Sequence record: OR413581.1 | Direction: 5' to 3' (one strand) | Length of the DNA stretch: 64,000 nucleotides | Shown here: positions 54,782-61,897 of the stretch, piece by piece | Layout: each line of letters starts with the position of its first letter | Position numbering within the stretch: position 1 is the stretch's first letter | Made by a program: the position numbers and the translations under genes | Notes under the pieces: generated by a model | Told to the model about the DNA's origin: nothing | Database searches by the model: none | Seen by the model: the letters and a program-made list of their open reading frames with translations, nothing else

Positions 54782-55504
54782 GTGAGCGCCATTGAAACAG
54801 CACGTCGTGACGCGACGAAAATTCATGCAGATTTAGTGGACCAAGGCACGGCCACCATCACCAAAGGGGGATGTTACATTTACATCCCTGTTGGCTTCGT
54901 GGCTAAAGAGCTGGCGGTAATTTCTTCGCAAGTCGAAATCGTCGGCATTTTCGCTATCTCCACTGACCGCAAAACCTACGGGGTATCGAACGTCACGACG
55001 TTCATTGAAATTACCCCGTCGGCGTTTGAGGAAATTGACGTTCAGGGTGTGCCGTATTACGAGTTCCGTTTTGACCCCGGCACGGTGGTGTTCCCCAACC
55101 GAATGCTGCAAGTGCTATCCTCGCCAGTCTACAACATCGCTTCGTACATCTACGACTTCGGAAACCGGCCTTTCTGGTACACCGCAGTAGATGACGCTGA
55201 GCTATTGTCTGACACTAAGACGTGGAACGGCTTTACGGTCTTTAACGACCAGATCACCGCTGACTGTTATGCTGCCCACACACAGCGTAAGGTTGGCGAC
55301 CCGCGGACGTATTTCCGCTACACCCTGAAAAAAGACAGCGATTTGATGAATCGGGTGCAGTTTATTCCGCTGCGTTCAGGTTCATTGAACAAAACTTCCC
55401 GGTTGGCCAAGATTGCAGATGTGGAACTGAAACAGGGTATCCGTTCTGCACTCCAGGTCGATCCGGTACGTGCAGAGCCACTCGAGGATTTGTATATGAG
55501 GTAA
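54782..55504 (+). CDS. rpoC: Virion RNA polymerase beta' subunit, C-terminal fragment
   Basis: C-terminal SRLAKIADVELKQGIRSAL..EPLEDL resembles the beta' C-terminus; position matches gp244 (recalled); SD GAGGGG. Confidence 0.55.
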   Translation: MSAIETARRDATKIHADLVDQGTATITKGGCYIYIPVGFVAKELAVISSQVEIVGIFAISTDRKTYGVSNVTTFIEITPSAFEEIDVQGVPYYEFRFDPGTVVFPNRMLQVLSSPVYNIASYIYDFGNRPFWYTAVDDAELLSDTKTWNGFTVFNDQITADCYAAHTQRKVGDPRTYFRYTLKKDSDLMNRVQFIPLRSGSLNKTSRLAKIADVELKQGIRSALQVDPVRAEPLEDLYMR

Positions 55505-55512
55505 CTGAGGTA

Positions 55513-55538
55513 GGGTTATTGTACGTCCCCAATAACCC
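55513..55538 (+). other. Intercistronic stem-loop
   Basis: GGGTTATTG-TACGTCCC-CAATAACCC, no U-tract. Confidence 0.5.
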
Positions 55539-55566
55539 GCTTCGGTAATAACAACTGGGGAAACCA

Positions 55567-56370
55567 ATGGAAAACTTGTCACTACGTTATAACTGCGTGG
55601 CACTCGCTGGGGTCAATAAAGGGGCAACGCTAAAGAAAGATGCGGACGGATATTACTACGTCCTGTTAGGTGCACTGAATATTTTCAACTCTGAGAATAT
55701 TTACTACGCCTATAACGAGTCAAAACATGTCTTCGAGCGCTCTAACGTTTTCATGCGTAAAGTTTTGGCGGGGAATCTCTTCGGTGAAGAAGACCATCCG
55801 CAATACGAACAAGGCATGAGCGAAGCCCAGTGGATCGAACGTAACGAATGGATCGAAACGCGTAACGTGTGTATGCACATTCGCGAAGTAGAAGTGAAGC
55901 CGACCGACCAGATGTGTAACGGTCTGCCGGTGATGGAAATTTGGGGTTGGATTAAACCTAACCGTGAACGTGGTCCGCTTCTGGCGGAAGCACTAGAGAA
56001 CCCACATCAGAACGTGTGTTTCTCACTGCGTGCTATCGTTCGTGAAGGTCGTCTGGGTACGACAATCGTACGCCGCATCGATAAACTGGTCACCTTTGAC
56101 TGGGTTATTGAAGATGGCCTGCAAATCTGTAACAAATACTCTGCGATTCAACGCGGTAGTAAAGTGGCACAGGAATCTACTCGCACTTACGTCGACCGCC
56201 CTATCAGTCGTCAAGTGTTGGAAGACATTCTGTACAATCCGACAACGACCAGCGCTGTTGCCACTGAGTCCCGTCGTGGTGCTCTCCAGCAACTCGCGCA
56301 GGAATACCTGCAGCTGGCTCCGAAAGTGTCCAATCTGCGGGTAATGGGCATGGGTGTAAGGAGCTGGTAA
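55567..56370 (+). CDS. Prohead core maturation protease (phiKZ gp175 / T4 gp21 family)
   Basis: LFGEEDHP (His), CFSLRA (Ser), TFDWV (Asp); C-terminal AQE and ATE self-cleavage-type sites. Confidence 0.88.
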   Translation: MENLSLRYNCVALAGVNKGATLKKDADGYYYVLLGALNIFNSENIYYAYNESKHVFERSNVFMRKVLAGNLFGEEDHPQYEQGMSEAQWIERNEWIETRNVCMHIREVEVKPTDQMCNGLPVMEIWGWIKPNRERGPLLAEALENPHQNVCFSLRAIVREGRLGTTIVRRIDKLVTFDWVIEDGLQICNKYSAIQRGSKVAQESTRTYVDRPISRQVLEDILYNPTTTSAVATESRRGALQQLAQEYLQLAPKVSNLRVMGMGVRSW

Positions 56371-56373
56371 AAA

Positions 56374-57003
56374 ATGGCAGAACATATCGACCCGTCATTA
56401 GAGCGGTGGTGTGAACGCCAGATGCCGCACGTCGCCAAAAAGTTGACGTTGCGTAAACTGACTGAACAGCCGCTGCATTTAAGCAAGTGTAAGATACCGA
56501 CGTTTTCGCCGCGTATCCCACTTTCGTGCGCGCCGGATGAAGACAAGACCGTACCCAGGATTTGCTGCTCGGTAGATTTAGAGCGAGCGATTAAGGGTGC
56601 ACGTCACAACTTCTCTGCAATCGAAATACCCACACGATTGTATCTTTACGGTTTTGATGAACGTGATGTAGCGCAGCCTTCGGTCAACCTGACGCAGGAA
56701 CCGAATCGGGCGGGTGAAGTATGGATTGTACCACACCGCATGTCGAACTGGGATATCAAACCGATTTACCTGGGCGAGATGCGGTTGTCAGAACTTCGCA
56801 ACGGTGGCCATGTTTTTGTCTATCACTTAAGTTTCGGACAAGATGTGCGCCTGTCTACCAGTCAACTGTTGAAAGCCGGCGAATTTTATCGACTGATTAT
56901 CAGCGTCAACTGGGAGCGCGGTGAAGTTAAGGTCTCGGAGGCGGTCGCCACTGCGCGTACTGCTTTTGATAACGCACTGAACGAATACGTCGTTTCACCG
57001 TAG
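56374..57003 (+). CDS. Candidate ADP-ribosyltransferase-fold protein
   Basis: LHLS..F.PRIP..ED.TVPRICCSVD..GEVW: His strand, Ser strand and distal Glu-x-Trp arrangement. Confidence 0.4.
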   Translation: MAEHIDPSLERWCERQMPHVAKKLTLRKLTEQPLHLSKCKIPTFSPRIPLSCAPDEDKTVPRICCSVDLERAIKGARHNFSAIEIPTRLYLYGFDERDVAQPSVNLTQEPNRAGEVWIVPHRMSNWDIKPIYLGEMRLSELRNGGHVFVYHLSFGQDVRLSTSQLLKAGEFYRLIISVNWERGEVKVSEAVATARTAFDNALNEYVVSP

Positions 57004-57058
57004 TGCCTAGTTCGTGGTCTGCAAATCACAACTAAAAACCACTACAGTAGGGGGACGC

Positions 57059-57358
57059 ATGAAGGTCGTTAACATCGCAATACCTCCGACCCTTCGTTGT
57101 TTGACGCCGGAAGAACTGAAAGCGTTAGCGATCTACGCCATCCAAGGAAAGGCTGGTAAGGAAGTGCTTGCCGAAATCTTATCGGAACGTTTTGATACAA
57201 AACGCAAGGTTAATAACATTATCTCCGGAATCGCGTCGCTAGATATCATGGCGCTCTATTGCGACATTAAAGAGGCCGGAGTGACAATCGACTATCGCCG
57301 TACTTACTTTCTACTCACTGAGCCGTATCGTTCGAATATGGCAATAAAGCAGATGTAA
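57059..57358 (+). CDS. Possible LuxR-type HTH protein
   Basis: LTPEELKALAIYAIQGKAGKEVLAEIL..T..V.NI resembles the LuxR/sigma4 HTH consensus; SD GGGGA. Confidence 0.5.
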   Translation: MKVVNIAIPPTLRCLTPEELKALAIYAIQGKAGKEVLAEILSERFDTKRKVNNIISGIASLDIMALYCDIKEAGVTIDYRRTYFLLTEPYRSNMAIKQM

Positions 57359-57411
57359 TTTTTTACATGACGTTGGTTTCATGTGTTGGGGAACAAAATA
57401 AGGACAAGAAA

Positions 57412-57960
57412 ATGTTTTATCTGGATAGCGATGGCGTTTTTGCACGCTGGCGTAAATACGTTTTATCCACACATTTTCCCGGAATGACGATTAAAGAGTT
57501 TAACGCATTACCTGAACTCCGCCGTCGTAGTTTGGTTCGTTCGATGTATCAGAACGATCCTGACCTGTTTTACAAACTCGAACCAATTGAGGGTGTAGAG
57601 CGAATCCTGGAAACGGTAGATAGACTTTGCGACAGTTGGGCAATACTCACCTCTGGGTCAGAAGATCACTACGACCACCAATTGGTTGTGGATTCAAAAC
57701 AACGGTGGTTCATGAAGCACTTTGGGGTACCAGCTGACAAAGTCATCGTCACCGAAAGTTCAGGGCAGAAGAAAGCTTACGCCTCGCGAGGTAATTTGCT
57801 TGTCGACGATTATGGTCGTAACTGTCGAGAATGGATTTTGCAAGGTGGCGCGGCAATATGGTCGCGAACTGAAGAGCCGAACATTGATGGCATTTGCCTC
57901 CAGTGTGAAGCGTTCTACAATGACCCGATTACACACTCGGGGACACTACTGCAAGTCTAA
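57412..57960 (+). CDS. HAD-superfamily 5'(3')-deoxyribonucleotidase
   Basis: YLDSDGV motif I, ILTS motif II, K..W..KHF, LLVDD motif IV; SD AAGGA. Confidence 0.85.
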   Translation: MFYLDSDGVFARWRKYVLSTHFPGMTIKEFNALPELRRRSLVRSMYQNDPDLFYKLEPIEGVERILETVDRLCDSWAILTSGSEDHYDHQLVVDSKQRWFMKHFGVPADKVIVTESSGQKKAYASRGNLLVDDYGRNCREWILQGGAAIWSRTEEPNIDGICLQCEAFYNDPITHSGTLLQV

Positions 57961-57968
57961 GCTCCACT

Positions 57969-58012
57969 AGGCTCATCCTATCTTCGGATACGGGTGAGCC
58001 TTTTTATTTTAT
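57969..58012 (+). terminator. Intrinsic terminator
   Basis: AGGCTCATCCTATC-TTCG-GATACGGGTGAGCCT then TTTTATTTT. Confidence 0.85.
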
Positions 58013-58022
58013 TAATTGCATT

Positions 58023-58056
58023 CAAAAAGAACTGAGATATATATTACTTAGGTGAG
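58023..58056 (+). promoter_or_regulatory. Early-type promoter motif (copy 7)
   Basis: CAAAAAGAACTGAGATATATATTACTTAGGTGAG with TATATTAC at 58040-58047, followed by hairpin AGCGTTA-CACAT-TAACGCT. Confidence 0.8.
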
Positions 58057-58106
58057 CGTTACACATTAACGCTTTAATCGACGATTACCCAGAAGGAGTA
58101 TTTACA

Positions 58107-58505
58107 ATGACCAACCAACTACGCCAAGACCCCTTTGTTGCCATGATGCTTTGTGCTAAAGCCGAGAGCAACGAAGCCGATTTAATTCGTCTGTTGACTG
58201 ATGACGAATACCTTATCGCTGAGCGCGATAAACGTTTAAAAGAACTCTACAAGCCAGAAACCGGTGAATCGCTCGACAATCAAGACGCCTGGAAGTTTCT
58301 TATTCTCATTGCTGATGAAAAGTGGCGAGCAGAAAATCCCATCGTCTGTGATATTACAGACCTACCGTACAAATACGGCGGTCTCATCACCAGCGACCTG
58401 CATCTTAAAGCGTACTTTGATGGCGAAGCAATACAAGAGCTGCAAGATGTTCTTATTACAGCAACGAACACTTTGAGACGTTTGCGCGCTGAGCAGCTGA
58501 TCTGA
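58107..58505 (+). CDS. Hypothetical early protein
   Basis: SD AAGGAG; directly downstream of the promoter motif. Confidence 0.8.
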   Translation: MTNQLRQDPFVAMMLCAKAESNEADLIRLLTDDEYLIAERDKRLKELYKPETGESLDNQDAWKFLILIADEKWRAENPIVCDITDLPYKYGGLITSDLHLKAYFDGEAIQELQDVLITATNTLRRLRAEQLI

Positions 58506-58559
58506 TCTCTCAAAAATAACGAATCGTACAAATCCTTTGACTGTGTAGGAAGGAATAAA

Positions 58560-58949
58560 ATGAAAATCGCAGAGGGGTTAGTAGATGCGTGCAGAGATCC
58601 ATTTACGCTATGGGTTCTTTGTGGCTTGCGCCGAGACGATCGTTTCGGTGAGTTTGTTCGAAATCCAGATGCTTTACTAAGCTTCGTAGAAAGCGAGGAG
58701 AAGCGTTTAGAGGAGATTAAGGAGGAAAGTAGTACCCTTACACCAGATATGGTGGTTTATAGCCGTATGACGTCACACAGGTGGCGTACGACCCATCGGC
58801 TGAAGGGAACCTCAATGAAGGAATTGATTGAAGGGTTATCAAAGGCGCTTTCGTCTGATAACATTATCTGGCCGGTGATGTATACCAACGAAGACCACTC
58901 TGATAACGTGAAGGTTACACTGACACGTTGTTATCACACATTCTCGTAG
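58560..58949 (+). CDS. Hypothetical protein
   Basis: SD AGGAAGGA. Confidence 0.75.
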   Translation: MKIAEGLVDACRDPFTLWVLCGLRRDDRFGEFVRNPDALLSFVESEEKRLEEIKEESSTLTPDMVVYSRMTSHRWRTTHRLKGTSMKELIEGLSKALSSDNIIWPVMYTNEDHSDNVKVTLTRCYHTFS

Positions 58950-58983
58950 TAGTTAATCGACCATTATCGTAAGGAATATTTAC

Positions 58984-59655
58984 ATGCAGGGCACTGAACT
59001 CAACAAACTTTGGGAAAAACTGGTTCGTCAATTCCGCGACTTCTATCGTTATACCGATAGTGCGCATCGCATGGATCACATCAACTCAGTTAAATCAAAT
59101 GCGATTCGTATCGCGTATATGCTTGGGCAAACCGAACACCTGAAGCTGATACTGATTGCGGTGGCAGCTCATGATATCTTCTCTACCAAAGAAGACCGTG
59201 CGTCTCACCACATCAAAGGGTATAGCTGGATACTGGATAACAAACCAGTGCTCAAACGTAAGTATAAACTTACCGATGATGAATGTTTGACGATTGCCCA
59301 TGCAGTCTTAGAACACCGCAGTTCTCACAAAGGGAACTACAACGGGATTGTCTCTGAGATAGTTGCCGCAGCTGACCGTGGTATACCGTCTGTAGATGAC
59401 GTGAGCAATTACATGCACCGTTCTTATCTGTTTGCCCGTGAACAGGGTAAAAGTAAAGGCGATGCAAAATTCCATGCCGTTGGTCACGTCCAACAGAAGT
59501 TCGGACGCAACGGTGTTAGTAATATCCCTAGTTGGTACGGTACGCTCTTCGCAGAGCGCATTCTGGAACGCAGGGATTTCGTGGAGCAGCTAGATATTAG
59601 CTATTTCACAGATACCATTATCGACGACCTCGAAGCTCGTCTTTCACACGATTAA
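58984..59655 (+). CDS. HD-domain metal-dependent phosphohydrolase
   Basis: AH..DH..SV, AAHDI, VLEH, IVAAADR. Confidence 0.85.
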   Translation: MQGTELNKLWEKLVRQFRDFYRYTDSAHRMDHINSVKSNAIRIAYMLGQTEHLKLILIAVAAHDIFSTKEDRASHHIKGYSWILDNKPVLKRKYKLTDDECLTIAHAVLEHRSSHKGNYNGIVSEIVAAADRGIPSVDDVSNYMHRSYLFAREQGKSKGDAKFHAVGHVQQKFGRNGVSNIPSWYGTLFAERILERRDFVEQLDISYFTDTIIDDLEARLSHD

Positions 59656-59681
59656 TCACACTGACCTTAAGGAATATTAAG

Positions 59682-60170
59682 ATGGCTGAAGTAACTTCAA
59701 TGAAAGCACTGCACAAACTGATCGCTGAACTGGACACGCCGGCAGCAACCCTGTCCGAAGACCTGGCGCTGAATGCTGACCCACTGGTTAAGATTTACGA
59801 AGACACATTGCCGGTAACGAAAGTGGGCGATGTGGACTATCGCTTCACACTGGAAGACGCGGATGCGCTGCGTCAGCACGACGCAAACTTCACTGAACTG
59901 TTCGGTGGCGTTGCCGGTGGTCTGATTGCTGACCGTGCAAAAGCGGATAGCGATATCGGTGCACTGGACTTAACGCTGGATATCGGTAACGCAGCATTCT
60001 CTACCGTGTTCTCTCGCCCGGTTACTGAAAACCCAACTCAGAAAGAATGGGCAGCGTCCATCTCTTACGGTTTCGGTTCTCCGAAGTCTAAAGCGTTGGA
60101 AGGCAAGCTGCGTAAAGAGTTTGCCAAGTCCATGATGGCAACCGATGAAGAAGACGAAGACGACGAATAA
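59682..60170 (+). CDS. Hypothetical protein with acidic C-terminal tail
   Basis: SD AAGGA; ends DEEDEDDE; strongly biased codons suggest high expression. Confidence 0.8.
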   Translation: MAEVTSMKALHKLIAELDTPAATLSEDLALNADPLVKIYEDTLPVTKVGDVDYRFTLEDADALRQHDANFTELFGGVAGGLIADRAKADSDIGALDLTLDIGNAAFSTVFSRPVTENPTQKEWAASISYGFGSPKSKALEGKLRKEFAKSMMATDEEDEDDE

Positions 60171-60373
60171 TGATTCCGTCCAGCCCAAAGGAACTCGCTG
60201 AGCTACTCGGGGCTAAAGTGGAATGTCATCCTAATGTGAATCCTGCTACTGGGTTACGTTGGGATGGCACCATTGCGTCACACGAGGAAATCGGTCTCAC
60301 CGTCACCTTCCCTAAACCTATGCCGAAGCCGCTGCAGTTAGAAGGGCTTGCTTCGCTATACGGTCGGAAGTAG
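60170..60373 (+). CDS. Small hypothetical protein
   Basis: TAATG overlap. Confidence 0.65.
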   Translation: MIPSSPKELAELLGAKVECHPNVNPATGLRWDGTIASHEEIGLTVTFPKPMPKPLQLEGLASLYGRK

Positions 60374-60381
60374 TAAACAAT

Positions 60382-60412
60382 GGGGTGGTCTTATGACTGC
60401 CCTATTTTTTTT
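60382..60412 (+). terminator. Intrinsic terminator
   Basis: GGGGTGGTC-TTAT-GACTGCCCT then ATTTTTTTT. Confidence 0.75.
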
Positions 60413-60427
60413 GATTTTGGAGCTACA

Positions 60428-60970
60428 ATGAAGCAACTTAATACTCTCGGTCAGGATGATATCAAACCGATTCCATCTGATATGAAACGTGAAGACATTA
60501 TTCGCCACATCAATCAGATCGGTGACGTGTTTACGTTGTCCATGAAAGCTATACTGGAAGATGCTTTCGAAACCATTGCCGAATATCCGGTTGAGATTAT
60601 TCCGCACACCATCAACGGCTACCAACGTTTCCTCGACACCATTACCAAAGGTAGTAGCGGGCGTATTATCGCGGGCTTTATCATCCGCTTTAAGTGCCTG
60701 TTGCAAGTAGAGCTGGGTGACGAGGTACTCCGTCGGCTGGAACACGAACTCATTAGCATGACCACCAACGACATTCTCGCGGCAGAATCAGGACAAGGTT
60801 ATAAAGACGGGATGTCTCTCTGGAAGATTGCCCACCCTGACTTGGGCGATGTTCAACCACCGTCTGAGTTCGATGTGCTTGTAACCTATCTGTTACTGCT
60901 GCAAATTAAGAACCTATTAATTCGCGCTAATGCGCAGCGTGAAATTGATGCTAGCCAACCGAAAAAATAA
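60428..60970 (+). CDS. Hypothetical protein
   Basis: SD GGAG supports ATG 60428. Confidence 0.75.
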   Translation: MKQLNTLGQDDIKPIPSDMKREDIIRHINQIGDVFTLSMKAILEDAFETIAEYPVEIIPHTINGYQRFLDTITKGSSGRIIAGFIIRFKCLLQVELGDEVLRRLEHELISMTTNDILAAESGQGYKDGMSLWKIAHPDLGDVQPPSEFDVLVTYLLLLQIKNLLIRANAQREIDASQPKK

Positions 60971-61016
60971 AACGTACCTCTCTCCAGACGGAGAGAGGTA
61001 ACGCTTGTTTTTTTTG
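60962..61016. terminator. Bidirectional terminator
   Basis: TACCTCTCTCC-AGAC-GGAGAGAGGTA with flanking A and T tracts at a convergent junction. Confidence 0.9.
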
Positions 61017-61018
61017 TC

Positions 61019-61894
61019 TTAGCGCATCTGGTTGGCCATCTGCTCGTCGGAGACAGAGTTGTAGCCACCTGGGGTTGCGTTGACGTCCGGGTTGATACCA
61101 TCGGTCTGCTGAGACGGAGTGAGCCACAGTTTGCGTTCGTAAGGACGCAGACCGTACAGCTTCATACGGTCCAGCTCTTTCGCAGCGGCCTGCATCGGAC
61201 CCCAACCTGTCCATTGCTGGGAGGTAAAGGCGATTGACAGTTCGTTAATCTGCGGACCGGTGTTGGTTTCACGCTCACCGATATCCTGGCCAGCGGTTTC
61301 CGGAATCATGTTCGTTAACCACCACGCGTTCTGCGGTTTACGCTGATACGCATCTGGCTCGATGAACAGCACGGTCATGCTGTACATATCCGGCAGGTGG
61401 TCAGGAACGTTCGGGTTGATTGCGGCCAGGCCTGGGTGACCAGTCTGGGGATCGCAAACACCGTAAACCAGCCACGCCCACAGCATGTTCTGGTACACCT
61501 TCCCGAGTTTATCCGGGGTAGTGAAGGTAACAGAGGACAGTGCTTCCGTTACCAGACCAGCTTCATACTGGGTGCGGTTGTTACGACCCTGCTGAGTTTC
61601 AACAGCCGCATGGCTCAGGGTTTTATCCAGACCAGTAATCTCGGAGTGAACCTCGATAAAGGACTTGATAGCCTGACGCCACATCTGTGGGTTCGGCATG
61701 TAATCCACCCAACGAGGGAATTCCATGACGCGCGCAATGACGTTACGACGCAGACGAGAGGCGTTAGTAACGAACTTGCCAACCTGTCCAACCGGGCCGT
61801 TTTGGCCCGAGGAGAACGCGTTGACCATATCGTACTGGCCGCCGTCGACGTGCAGACCCTGATCAGGCAAAATGAGACGATCTTTGATTGCCAT
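61019..61894 (-). CDS. Tail tube protein
   Basis: 291 aa directly downstream of the sheath gene; size and order as phiKZ gp30 / SPN3US gp255; YSMTVLFIEPD..WWLTNM.P motif. Confidence 0.78.
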   Translation of the reverse strand: MAIKDRLILPDQGLHVDGGQYDMVNAFSSGQNGPVGQVGKFVTNASRLRRNVIARVMEFPRWVDYMPNPQMWRQAIKSFIEVHSEITGLDKTLSHAAVETQQGRNNRTQYEAGLVTEALSSVTFTTPDKLGKVYQNMLWAWLVYGVCDPQTGHPGLAAINPNVPDHLPDMYSMTVLFIEPDAYQRKPQNAWWLTNMIPETAGQDIGERETNTGPQINELSIAFTSQQWTGWGPMQAAAKELDRMKLYGLRPYERKLWLTPSQQTDGINPDVNATPGGYNSVSDEQMANQMR

Positions 61895-61897
61895 CTA

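Noticed and set aside
60170-60373. ELAELLGAKV resembling LpxD/MurF N-termini
   Set aside because: Generic amphipathic helix, too short to support homology
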